From Eledone cirrhosa (Eukaryota), in assembly GCA_964016885.1 (NCBI GenBank), contig OZ024740.1:391654001-391718000 (forward strand): a stretch of DNA of 64,000 nucleotides, written 5' to 3'. The position numbers and the translations under genes are program-made. Shown piece by piece: positions 1-11,859 of the stretch (position 1 is the stretch's first letter; each line of letters starts with the position of its first letter). A model generated the notes under the pieces. That model did no database searches. It was not told the origin of the DNA and saw only the letters and a list, made by a program, of their open reading frames with translations.

Positions 1-180
1 CACTGAGGAGTGCATGAAACCCTACAACAAATATAGAGAAAGCTGAAACCAATATCTATGCGTTTATGCCAGAAACGACTAGAATTAACTGGACACTGTT
101 ATCGAGCAGACAAAGGGTCATTTCGTCCCTCCTCTTGTGGAGGCCGACAGAAAGAGACTCACTTCCCAACTTATAATTGG
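1..180 (+). mobile_element. Degraded RTE-type LINE RT C-terminal fragment
   Basis: Translation RLELTGHCYRAD resembles the RTE-clade R.R..GH..R motif; short and decayed. Confidence 0.4.
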
Positions 181-343
181 AATTCAGCTTCGAACATAGC
201 TGTATACAAATATATATTTGAATTTCGTATTTCTAAAGAAATAGCTTCATATGCAAATGAGATTAATCACCTCATTTACACAGACGAAAAAACTATATAT
301 TTTCGCCTGTTTTCAAAGTCCGGCAGTTGCAAGAGCGAGAGAG

Positions 344-387
344 ATCGTCCTGACGAGTCCTAGTTGAGTTCGAAATGCATCGACGAT
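344..387 (+). ncRNA. Type I hammerhead ribozyme (minimal, PLE-type)
   Basis: ATCGTC-CTGACGA-gtcctagttgagttc-GAAA-TGCA-TC-GACGAT: 6-bp stem I, intact core, palindromic stem III, AUC site; stem II decayed. Lies between inverted repeats at ~215-241 and ~488-513. Confidence 0.75.
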
Positions 388-511
388 TGTTCTCCTTGCC
401 TCTGCCGGGCATCGCCTGGTGGTGTTAGCTGCCAGTGGGTTATTCATAGTTATGGCTTTCTGAACGTTTATTTATAAACATACCACGTTTCTTTAGAAAT
501 ACGAAATTCAA

Positions 512-615
<104 letters not shown>

Positions 616-787
616 GCATGTGTCTGTGTATATGCGTGTGTATAAATGGATCCGTACCGTCTGGTAGAATCGTATGGATGTCATAGTGAATTACGGAGTT
701 TGGGGGAGCATTTTAGACCTTGCAGATCCCATCCCACACACTCCAGATCTGAACATGCCCGATTTCTTCTAAAGAAAGAGAAAGAGA

Positions 788-1155
788 TATAGCGGGATTA
801 CTGGTTGCATGAATGTAACAAAACGAGACAATGTTTGTGTATATAATATTTAATTAACGGTAGATAGAATACTTGACATGTCAAAGATAGATGTTAGAAT
901 GAAACAAAGTTAGTAGTTACCGTTTTGATTGCCAGGCAAACGCGGCTGGCAGAGGGCGCCTGGCCTTAGCCAGGCGCCTGTTGGCCAAATTAATGGCAGA
1001 GCCAAATGAGAAGACTCTTGACCTGGTGCCGAAAAGGCAAAGAGAGAGGAAGGAAGCTTAACGTTGTTAGTTTTATAGGGCTCTGACCGGAAGTTGCAGA
1101 AAGGGTTCCACTTCCCGTCTAGATCCCAATCAAAACAAGGGAGACAACCGCTACA
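788..1155 (-). repeat. 3' LTR
   Basis: Matches 2572-2939; preceded on the minus strand by purine-rich GGCGGGAGG (PPT, ~1159-1167). Confidence 0.88.
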
Positions 1156-2171
1156 TAACCTCCCGCCAGAATTTTAGTGTATAAAAATCGAAATGAAAAT
1201 ATGTAGCAAGTTGGCGAGAATGTTGTAACAGGCATGGAAATTACGACAAAAGAATGTCTGGAAAAATCAATGATAGATATCAAGGTAACCAACCGCTCTT
1301 GGCCAGAGAACGACTGGACATCCATCTATCCATCACCCAAAGACACAATGTAATAAAGTAAAAGTAATAGAAGAGCTCAAAGCTCAAAATATAGTTCACA
1401 GGTGTGTAATCACATGACAGCAGGAAAGAAAGTGTGTTCCAGAGAATGAATGCAGGTGGTTTCTGTTCTGTGGTATATCGTGAAATTTCCAACCTCCGAA
1501 TGGATTTTCTCACAGGAAGAGTGCTGCAAAAATGAATTCTCTGGCTTTGGTGAAGCTGTATTGATGTATTGCTGTTGCTGCTGCTGTTGTCTCGCTGAGT
1601 GAGCGTATTCGGTGTTCAAATTCACAGTAAAAAAATTTTTTTTTAGAAAAAATGAGTTGCGCAAAGTGCTAGAAATAGCAGCCGAAGTTGATGGTCGATG
1701 TTGAGAATGCGTTGACCTGGAAGGGTCAAGAGGCCAGCGACCAGAGAAATAAGCATTCTTAATAAATGCGCGGTTATCAACGGTAAATTTACATTGTAAA
1801 TTTATAAACCGGCAAATAGAAGAATATAGCTTAAGGCTGAAGAATCCCTGGTGATAAATGGCGTGCGGCTGTCTGTGAGTAAAGACATCTCAGTGAATCG
1901 AGAATTTATGCTGCCTACACGTGCCAATACAAGGTTGAAAAAAAAATATTTCTAACGCGCGAGAAAATGATAGTGCAATTTTGAAAGTGACAATGATGAA
2001 AAAGAAAGGCTTCAATCAGCATAATTATAGGTGTGAACTTTTTGAAAAAAAAAAAAAAAAACTTGAACGATGAAGAAAACGAAGAACAAAAGGCAATGGT
2101 TCATCGAAAATAAATGTTCCTGTTGAAATGTTTTTTAAAGAATATCAAATTTCTTTTTTTTTTTGTGTGTG

Positions 2172-2352
2172 TTTTGAAAGAGTTCGTTGTAAGAAACGAG
2201 AAACATATATATATATCGTGAAATGTTTTTTTTGTTTTGAAAGTGTTCGTTGTAAGAAACGAGAAACATATATATATATCGTGAAATGTTTTTTTTTGTT
2301 TTGAAAGTGTTCGTTGTAAGAAACGAGAAACATATATATATATATTGGTGAA
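2172..2352. repeat. ~63-bp tandem repeat x3 inside the LTR element
   Basis: Unit ttttgaaagtgttcgttgtaagaaacgagaaacatatatatatatcgtgaaatg repeated three times. Confidence 0.85.
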
Positions 2353-2552
2353 ATGCGACAGTTAATTGATGCGTGAGAGAAAAAGTATGTCTGTGCGAAT
2401 TCCACATGTGCGTGTGTGCGTGTCCTTGAGTATTTTCATAGTTTGTCGCTAAATTTGCTGTGTATTCGTAATGTTACTCACAAAACCAGATGTGCTATTT
2501 TTTTCTTTTTTTGGGGGTGACCACTTATAGCGATGAACGGCTGCGTGTTCGT

Positions 2553-2570
2553 ATCACGTCAGGGTTACCA
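2553..2570 (-). promoter_or_regulatory. Primer-binding site, tRNA-Trp
   Basis: TGGTAACCCTGACGTGAT, 1 nt after the 5' LTR; 16/18 match to the known tRNA-Trp PBS TGGTGACCCCGACGTGAT. Confidence 0.85.
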
Positions 2571-2571
2571 A

Positions 2572-2939
2572 TATAGCGGGATTACTGGTTGCATGAATGT
2601 AACAAAACGAGACAATGTTTGTGTATATAATATTTAATTAACGGTAGATAGAATACTTGACATGTCAAAGATAGATGTTAGAATGAAACAAAGTTAGTAG
2701 TTACCGTTTTGATTGCCAGGCAAACGCGGCTGGCAGAGGGCGCCTGGCCTTAGCCAGGCGCCTGTTGGCCAAATTAATGGCAGAGCCAAATGAGAAGACT
2801 CTTGACCTGGTGCCGAAAAGGCAAAGAGAGAGGAAGGAAGCTTAACGTTGTTAGTTTTATAGGGCTCTGACCGGAAGTTGCAGAAAGGGTTCCACTTCCC
2901 GTCTAGATCCCAATCAAAACAAGGGAGACAACCGCTACA
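2572..2939 (-). repeat. 5' LTR
   Basis: Matches 788-1155 and is followed by the PBS. Confidence 0.88.
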
Positions 2940-3319
2940 GAGAGATACACAGAAAGAGTTATAGAAGAAGAATAAACCCCAGTAGTAAAATGGTGCTTTC
3001 AGTATCGACCTAGAAATGGCGAAAGGCAAAGTTGACCTCTGCGGGATTTGAACTCATAGCGCCAGAATGAATACTACAGATCATTCTATCAGACAACAAG
3101 GAAAATTAACACAGGAAAGTATAATGATGATATATGTTAGTTTAACACATGATATAGTAGAAAAAGCGTCTTGACGCATCGAATGTTAGTCCTTCATCTG
3201 GAGATAGTGTGAGAGAGAGAAGAAATAAGTTGAAAAATAGACGAGAGTAAGAACGTAAACGGAATATTTTTTATCAAGTGGGAAACGCGTGTGTAGTGAA
3301 GCAGTCATTTCGAAGTGTG

Positions 3320-3457
<138 letters not shown>

Positions 3458-3611
3458 GTGTGTGTGTGTAATTACAATATGCTTACAAACCAAAATTAAA
3501 AGTTCAAGACATTTAATCACTGACAACTATAGGAATATACCACCAACAGCAAGTTATTTCAAGAATAATCAACAAACCAAATAACTCATTGTTTATATAT
3601 ATATAAAGATA

Positions 3612-3900
3612 TATTTCTTTATTTGCCACAGGGGCGTACAAGAAAAAGGGACAATACAAAGACACATACGGGGATTTTACATACAGTCGCGTAAAAATAT
3701 TATTAAAACAAACAAATTTAACAATCGAAATCCCCAATACGGGGGAGGCGTGATAAATGGGTTGTTTAATACTCCGTCGATAGAACAACCCTCAACTTCA
3801 GGAGCGTGTTGTGCAAGTGCTCCTTTCTTCTGTTTGCTCTCTTCTTCAACCTACAGGTTTATATACAGAGAAGGCCCAATCACTCGGGCCATTTTTGCTA
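3612..3900 (-). mobile_element. 5'-truncated Tx1-like LINE 3' end (related to family B)
   Basis: ORF2 C-terminal codons (..ARVIGPSLYINL) and a 3' UTR similar to 29072-29390; flanked by TA repeats. Confidence 0.75.
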
Positions 3901-4037
3901 CATATATACATATATATATAAAGATAGCCAACTGAATACGATATTTGTAATTTTTTCCTCCCCAATTCTTTTCTCATTTTCCCCGTTCCTTCCTCTCATC
4001 ACTCTTTACTTTCTAGTTATCTTCTGTTTCTAACTCT

Positions 4038-4075
4038 AGCTTCTGATGAAATACTAGTGCCCGAAACGTTAAGAC
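4038..4075 (+). ncRNA. Degraded type I hammerhead in a PLE pLTR-like remnant
   Basis: CTT-CTGATGA-aatactagtgccc-GAAA-CG-TT-AAG; core intact, stems I and II eroded. Confidence 0.55.
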
Positions 4076-4167
4076 TCTCTTACTGCTATTTCAAGTGTTA
4101 AACTAATATATTTCTTCCATATACTGTGCCGTCTGTTTTGTTATCTTTCTTATTTCTGTTTACCGTT

Positions 4168-4222
<55 letters not shown>

Positions 4223-4414
4223 GAAGATATCGTTGACATTACTTTATATTTTTTTAAGCACTGTTTACATGATCTATTTCCAGGGACACACAAAACCAAA
4301 TCGCAAATATATGGAACAGCAAAATCAATTTCAAGAAATCAAACATATAGATGTAAACACTATAACTTCAAAAATCAAAATCATTGAAACACAGACACAC
4401 GCACACACATGCCC

Positions 4415-4483
<69 letters not shown>

Positions 4484-4826
4484 TATACATAGATACATAC
4501 ACATATGTAACTATATGCATATATATATAACTATCACGACGAGCTATTACTATGAGAAAATAAAAATGTAAATTGAAACTTTTAAGCACTGTATTAATGT
4601 TTTATTAACTTTTCTTTTTAGAAAATGGTTTTTTCCTGTGAATTTTATTCTCTATTTTGAGATTTCGACTTCTCTACTTCTTCGATACTCTCTATTTTCT
4701 CTTTTGATCTTCAAAATATTTAAGCGACAAAAATATTAAAATTTTAATGCCATAAAAACACTTCTCAAACCCCCGCATCCAGACAAATATACTCACATAT
4801 ACACTAAAACCACCACCACACACACA

Positions 4827-4890
<64 letters not shown>

Positions 4891-5039
4891 TGCGTGTGTG
4901 TGTATGTGTGTGTGTTTGTGTTTGTGTGTGTGTTTGTGTGTTTGTGTGTGTTTGACTGTCTGTATATTTATATGCATATATATATATATATATATATATG
5001 GGAAAGAAAAAACACACAACACAGGAGTATGTATGTATA

Positions 5040-5102
<63 letters not shown>

Positions 5103-5111
5103 ATATATATA

Positions 5112-5154
<43 letters not shown>

Positions 5155-5364
5155 TTTTATATACGGGAGTAGCGTTTCTAAAGATAATTTTTTTTTAAAT
5201 CTGCAAGTAACATTCATTGAAAATAAACATCAATGCTGGAGTATTGTCTGAAGAAGTAACTGTAAATTCGAATTTTCGCTGGCAACGGCTCGTCAAATAT
5301 TGCCAGACGAACTATTATCGGAGAAGCAAAAATCTTACATCCATTATGTATTTCTGTATAATAA

Positions 5365-5553
5365 TAATTGTTTCTACTTTTGGCACCAGGCCAGCAATTA
5401 CCCAGTACATTACTGGTACTTTATTTTATTGATCCTGTAAGGATAAAAGGCAAAGTTAACCTCGGCGGGATTTGAACTCAGTCCGTAAAAGAACGTAAAT
5501 GTGCTGCAAAGCATGGCGTCCGGCCCTCTACCGATACTGCCAATCCACTACCA
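5365..5553 (-). mobile_element. tRNA-derived SINE
   Basis: A box TGGCAGTATCGG, B box GAGTTCAAATCCC, body shared with other copies in the window, (ATT)n tail. Confidence 0.85.
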
Positions 5554-5555
5554 TT

Positions 5556-5598
<43 letters not shown>

Positions 5599-5851
5599 TA
5601 ATAATAATGTTTTCTTTATTAACCACAAGGGTTCACATAAAGTAGACATTAAGGACAGTACAGGACAATACAGGACGGTACAAATGGGCATTTCTGCGTG
5701 TAAAAAAACAGAGGTTGAAATAAAATAACAATGAAAAATTCCCCAATAGGGGGCAGACTTCGGAGGGACATTTGTGGAGAAAGCCCAGTAAAAAGCCACA
5801 ATGACCCTGACCACCAAGGCAAGTGCCCTCTCCCAGTTTTCCACCTTTAGT

Positions 5852-8800
5852 TTACAGATATATACTCAGAGTCGGCCCATTCACTCGGGCCATTCTTGCT
5901 TCTCTCACCCATCTTTCAACAAAATGCTGGGAAGAGAGCACTTCCCTCTCTACTCTGATTTTCCTTTTCAAATGAAATTTGAAAAAGTCAATCAGAGCAT
6001 CACCGAAGAGGTAAGTGCTCGTCTTCAGCCCTTTCAAACGTGTCCACCATACTATCTCTTTCGCCATGGCCACCAGAGAGATAAAAACTGCCTGCCCTTC
6101 CCGGCTAAAGGAGGAGGGCGGGGCAATCCTCACGATGGACTCAGATGATAGCCGGATCCGTCCTAAACGCGACAGCAGGTGTTCGACATAAACCCACAAG
6201 TCAGCAATTTTCGGACACTGGACGAGTGCGTGCAGGACGGTTTCGTCGCCCTGCGCGCATCTCGGACATGCCCGGCTGACGGCACCTCCATGCCTGTAGA
6301 GTTTATCCCGAACTGGCAAGGCTCCTCGGTAGCACTGCCAGGCCAGAGATTTCTGGAAGTTGTCCATAGGCCCTGGCCTGAAAGTTCTTCTGAAGAGATT
6401 GGCTAGTTGATTTTCGTCGACGCCTAGAATTTCCCCAAGTACGTCGTCGCTCTTCCCCTCCACTAATCCTCTATAGAACGCCGAGGTGGAGTTTCCACCG
6501 ATCACATTGCCCGATTGGTCGAGGGCTGTGAGCGCCTGAAGACATTCCAGTCTCCAGGCGCTCCCTCATGGTCTTCGCTTGACCCAGGACTGCAGCTCCG
6601 TCAAGGAGACGAGCTGGGGAAAAACGTGTCTTGCAAACGGCGACCACACCTGATCACCGTCGAGGAAGAGGTGGAGATGTCGTAGCCTGAGCACGTGTCT
6701 GCGCATCATCAGCCACGGCATGCCCAGCCCTCCACGTAGCGGGTGTTGACAGCAGATGGACCGCCTGACCATCGGAGCGCGTCCCTTCCACAAGAAGCGA
6801 AAGCGCAAACGCTCCAGCGCAGTCAGGCGGGGCTTAGGACAAGGTACGATGGTCAGGCGGTAGTAGATGACGGATGCGATGTACGCATTCGCCACCTCCG
6901 CTCGACCTTTCAGGGATAGCTTCCTCTCGGCCCATTTCTGGGTGAGAGAAGCCACCCTGCTCGTCACCTCGTCCCAGTTTTTGTCCGTCTGGAGGTCTGG
7001 ACCGAACCAGACCCCTAGCAATTTAACCGGTCCGTCCGTCCAGCGCCCGACGACGCTGTTGGACGGCATGGACCTGCCTCTCCAGGTGCCGAGCTGCAGG
7101 CCCACTGACTTTTCCTGGTTGATCATTGCTCCTGTCACCGCTTCGTATTCTCTTAGTGTAGTGCCGATCGCCTCGATGTGTTTGGCGTTCGACACCACTA
7201 CGGTGACATCGTCGGCATATGCTGACACGGATCTTCCGCATCCTAGTTCGCGCGGGACCCCCCTCAACGTCTCCAGTTTGTGCAGTAATGGCTCGAGAGT
7301 CAATACGTACAATAGGGACGAGAGGGGACATCCTTGGCGGACCGAGCGCATGATGTTGAACGGTTCCGAAAGGTGACCGTTCACTCTCACTACAGAGCAG
7401 ATGTCGCTGTGCATGGCAGCGATCCAGCCTCTGAAGACGGGCCCAAAGCCAGCCGCCCTCAGGACTGCCGCTAGGTAACGATGGTCGACCCTATCGAAGG
7501 CTTTCGACTGATCTAAATTGATCAAAAACCCACTCGTGCCAGGTTCCCTAGCTACCCTCTCTACGATGTATCGCATGAGGTGGAGGTTGTCGTGGATGGA
7601 TCTGTCGGGAATGGCGCATGTCTGTGCCTCTCCCACCAGACCACCAACGACAAGCGCCAACCTCTTTGCTAGCACCTTCTCCAAAATCTTGAACTCTGTG
7701 TTTAGCAGAGTTATGGGCCTAAAATTATCTATGTTATCCCCCTTGTTCGGATCCTTTCTCAGCAGCGCCACCGCTCCTCGGCTCACAGAGCTGGGAATTC
7801 TCCCGTTCTGTTGCCAGTTGCAGTAGACGTCCGCCAAGAGGCCTCCGAACAAGTTTGGCATTTGTACGTAAAGTTCATAGGGCAGACCATCCAAACCAGG
7901 CGATTTACCCCTTGTGCAACTAGTCATTGCATCTCGTACTTCAGCGGTTGTTATCGGCTTTTCGCAACACTCCGCCTCAGTGGCCGAAAGCCGCGGCAGT
8001 CCGTCGAGGTAGACACTAAAGTCCATCCCTCGATCCGGCCCGCCACTGCCCCCGAACAGTTGAGCGAAGTGTCGCTGAAAAGCTTCACACATTTGCCCGG
8101 GATCGCGTAGCATGCGCCCGTCGTGGTCCACCAAAGACCGGATCGTGGCTTTGTTGCCACGACGCGCCTCCGCCACTCGGGCCCATTGAACGGCTTTCGT
8201 CCCCTCGTGTCTGAGAGCACGCACCCTAGCTCTGACAACGCAGCCTTCCTGCTTTGCATTGAAGAATTGGTCAAGGGCCAATTTCGCCGCAAGTACGTCG
8301 GTCGCGATGCCTTTGCTAAGCGCCTCATCTAATTTTCTAACTAATTCTCCCTCTGCTCTATTTTTCTCTATTGCTAAAGTCTTACTAAACCTAATGGACT
8401 CTATTCTAATTGCTCTTTTCAGAGCAAACCACCACTTGTTGTTGACGATGGCCCCCGTCAACGCCCGCTTAACTAGTTCGCTAATCCGGTCTCTGTAGGC
8501 CTTGCGCGCTGGTAAGGACGCGTTTAGCTTCCAGTAGCCGGATCCTCGTCTATGAAGCCTATCTAAGTCAAGCACACAGATCACGAATTTGTGGTCCGTG
8601 TAGCTGACTATCTTGAATTGTGGACAGCCTATGCTAGCCCTATCTATTTCCCTACAAGATACTCTATCTAGATATGATCTGGATGACCCTATGCGGTTTG
8701 TCCAAGTCCACATTGGCACATTCGGGAAATCCAATCGGTACCTGTCAGACAGTTCAAAACGCCTGAGCAGGTTGGTGAGGCTCTTGCACCCTCCACCCCT

Positions 8801-9271
8801 ATCCGCTAATCCCACACAGTCCCAGCGTGCATCTAAGATCCCGTTCCAGTCGCCCACTAACACTAAAGAGCGGGACGTTCCAAGAAAGGTCTCCAGACGC
8901 CGGAAGAAATCAGGCCGCCCTGCTCCTGTCGGGGCATAGACGGCCACTAGCCTGAAAGCTTGCCCGTCTCCGCTGGTCACGTCCAGCACCACCAGCTTAC
9001 CCTCTGGGTCCAGGAAGATGGCCTGTATGGCGAGATCCAAACCTCTCCGAAAAAGCACAGCAACTCCTCCACCCGACCCAGGACGGCTGGGAGATGCGTA
9101 CACATCGTAGCCGCCGAAGATCGGTGCGAAGGCCCGTGCTTCGGAGATTCTGGTCTCGCTGATGGCCACTACATCTATGTTTAGTGACCTGAGGTCGTTG
9201 AGCAGGTGACCCTGCTTCCATGACGACCCCAAGCCACGCGCATTTATGCTGCCTATTCTGAGTGAGGTCAT
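5852..9271 (-). pseudogene. LINE ORF2 (APE endonuclease, reverse transcriptase, C-terminal zinc finger), 1140 codons with one in-frame TGA at 6566-6568
   Basis: Motifs INARGL, VGDWN, YLDR, TDH, KSPGLDG, KAFDRV, RQGCPLS, AYADD, CPRC..ETVLHALVQC; the sister copy reads RRPRGSAW across the stop. Confidence 0.93.
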
Positions 9272-9306
9272 GTTTAAAATAGAGTGGAAAAGATGGGAAA
9301 GACCAC

Positions 9307-11387
9307 TTACCGTACTTTTGGTAGAGGAGGGATGGTTTTTACATCCCTTTTCACTTGATCGTCTGGTGAAGGGACCGTTGAATCGTCCCTTCGGCTGGTC
9401 GTCGGCTCTTCTAAGAGAATGTCTGAATATACTCTTCGATTGATGGTTCCTCCTAGGTCCCTGAAATCACCAACTGCGTTGGGGAATTTCGTTTTAATGT
9501 TTGTGTATTGTTTCTGTGCTATTTTTAGCAGTCTTATGTTAGTTGGCGTTTTGATTGGTGCTGGTATTATGTAGTCCTGTTGTGAAATGTCTGTGTGTTC
9601 AATTATGTAAGTCATTAGTTTCTTGTTGTGTGTATTTATTGCCGTGCATTTGTTTTTCTGGGGGTGGGGTGTGGTTCTGCTATTTTCTTGTCGTTGTTGC
9701 TGGGTGTGTGTGTTTTGTTGTTGTGTTTGCGATGTTGGTGCTTGTGGTGGTGGTGTTGAAGGTGTTGTTGGCGGTGGGGTTGTCGCCGGTGGTGATGGTG
9801 GTGCTAGTGTGGGTGGTGATGGTGTTGGTGGTGTTGCTGCTGTGGGTCTCTTTGCAGTAGACTTTACCCTTTTCTCATTTCTTTCCTCCCTTTTCAAAGG
9901 CGACGATGCGCTGCTTCTGCGTTTGTGCCTTCTTACGACCTTTTGCCATCCCTCTCCCACCTCACACTCCATATCTGATTCTGTGAGGTCGGGGAGGGGT
10001 ACCAGCTCCACTCTTTCACTTGTTGTTGTTGGTGATGTTTGCACTGGAGTCTCTGTTGCAGCTGCATTTGGTATTGCTGTTGTTGTTGTTAATATTTCCA
10101 CTGTTGCTGCTGTTTTTGATTTCCGTGGAGTGGGTATGGGTGCCACGGACCTATCGTTCCTGGTTGCCGCTTGTCCTGTTGCTGGTAGCCGTGGAGCCGG
10201 ATTCGGAAGGAGGGGGGGTTTTCTCCTTTCTCAGGGTCTTCTCGTTGCAGAAGGCCCTGAGGTGAGTCTTCGATCCACAGCGAAAGCATTTCGGGCGTTT
10301 GCCCTCAACACTTATGGGAAGTTGAGTGCCGTTATCGAAGTCTATCACATCCGGGATAGCTTCGATGCACTCCTGGTTGGTTTGCATTAGCATCTCAATG
10401 GAGGTGCCTACCCAATCTTCTCTTACTTTTTTCTGTACTTGCAGTACAGTTGTTTTGTCCTCGATTCCGACGAGGACAGACGCGGCCAGCCAAGAAGGGG
10501 TCATTCCGGGAGGGGGGGACGTGGTTCAGTTTGACACTCACAATTTTTTGCCCGCAGTAGGAGGGCACCAACACCATTTCCTCGCTCCTTAGGGTCACTA
10601 CTGATTGGGCCTTTGCCTCCTGGGGTGTGGAAAAAAGTACGTCTACGGTGGCATATTTTTTGCCTCGGGTGATGTGCGTTTTCCGCTGCCACACAGACCC
10701 CAAGGCTTTTTGTATTTGGGCCTCTGTGGCTCTTTCCACCCTACGGGATTTTGTACTTACTGTACGGTACGTGACCGTACAGTGCTCTTGGGTTTCGAAA
10801 AATTTTTCCGCTGCCTTGCAGATTGCTCGGTGTCCATTCTTTGTCACCATCTTCTTCGCTTCCTCTAATTCCTCATTTGTTATGAGGATTGTTTCCAAGT
10901 TTTTCGCAATACCTGCAAATGAGATTGGTTTTTCCCTGCTGCTGCTGTTGTTGTTGTCGTCAGAGCTGCTGGTACTTTTGTTGTTGCTGCAGGTACTACG
11001 ACTACTGCCTCCGCCGCTGTTGCTGTGGTTGTTGTTGGTGTTGCTGCTGCTAATGCTGTTGTTGTTTATGCTGCTGGTGATGCTGTTGCGGCTGCTACTG
11101 TTGTTTTCATTGTCACTGTTGCTGTTGTTATTACGGCTGCTACTGCTATTATTCCTGACGTCAGACGAATGAAATGGGTTTTCGTATTTCCCGCACACCT
11201 GATTCGTCGTTGTCGTCGTCGTCGTGGAGAAATCTTGCACGCTTTGCACGAGACTTTTCTTTTTTGTCGTCGCTTGCGAAAGAGAAGGGAGGGAGAGAGA
11301 CAATCTTCTCTCTGCTGTAGTGATGATTGAGGAAGAAGAAGACGGAATGAGTGGGAGTGACCTATGAAAATTCTTTTTCGTAGCCAT
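9307..11387 (-). pseudogene. LINE ORF1 (Asn/Ser-rich N-terminus, putative RRM region, CCHC knuckle, Pro/Thr-rich tail) with two frameshifts
   Basis: Three track ORFs (10395-11387, 10151-10504, 9307-10146) join up; CFRCGSKTHLRAFC; homologous to the other ORF1s in the window. Confidence 0.85.
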
Positions 11388-11622
11388 GTTGTTTTATTTG
11401 TTTAAAATAAATATTGGGCACAAAACCCCAATAAGCAGTTATTTAACCCCGAAGGGCCAAATAACGGGCAGAAAGACCCCTCTCACGAGGAGGAGGGTGT
11501 TTTTGTCTACAAGTTCGTTAAAGTTTTAAACAATTTACAATTGTTATAGCGTTCAAAATTTACAATACCTTACAGAGCCGAGCCTCCGTCAACCATAGCA
11601 TTCAATAATAATAATAATAATA

Positions 11623-11840
11623 ACAGCGATTTCTACTGTAGGCACAAAGCCAGTCATTTGGAGGGGTGGGGGCAAGTCGATTAAATCGACCCCAGTACAT
11701 TACTGGTGCTTTATTTTATCGACCCCGTAAAGATGAAAGGCAAAACTAACCTCGACGGAATTTTAACTCAGAACGTAAAGCGCCGTAACTATATACCGCA
11801 AAGCATGTTGCCCAATGATCTACTGATTCTGCCAATCCAA
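11623..11840 (-). mobile_element. tRNA-derived SINE whose (ATT)n tail abuts the LINE 5' end
   Basis: Same body as 5365-5553 (tggcagaatc...ctgagttaaaattcc...gccttt...gtcgataaaata). Confidence 0.8.
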
Positions 11841-11859
11841 TAACAATAATAATAATAAA

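Larger units (their letters stand above)
788..2939 (-). mobile_element. Non-autonomous LTR retrotransposon (TRIM/LARD-like, probably Gypsy-mobilised), 2152 bp
   Basis: Apparently identical 368-bp direct repeats (788-1155, 2572-2939); minus-strand termini TGTAGCGG...CCGCTATA; PBS and purine tract at expected positions; 4-bp TSD GAGA (784-787 and 2940-2943); no gag/pol. Confidence 0.88.
5609..11603 (-). mobile_element. Full-length Tx1/L1-clade non-LTR retrotransposon, family A, inserted in (AAT)n
   Basis: ORF1 with CCHC knuckle, ORF2 APE-RT-zinc finger, 3' UTR with AATAAA; (AAT)n on both sides (5561-5608, 11604-11622). Confidence 0.95.

Noticed and set aside
2172-2352. CRISPR-like regular repeats
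   Set aside because: No unique spacers, eukaryotic context, no cas genes
5259-5301. Possible minus-strand hammerhead TTGACGA...GAAA-ATTCGAAT-TT
   Set aside because: Core has C3U and stem I has two mismatches in five; too decayed to call
5480-5553. tRNA gene
   Set aside because: A and B boxes belong to a SINE head; no cloverleaf, and multiple decayed copies share a non-tRNA body
6566-6568. In-frame TGA as possible readthrough or selenocysteine
   Set aside because: Sister copies encode Arg here, so a copy-specific nonsense mutation is simpler
6179-9443. Antisense ORFs overlapping LINE ORF2, recurring in each copy
   Set aside because: Shadow frames of GC-rich coding sequence; recurrence reflects homology between copies
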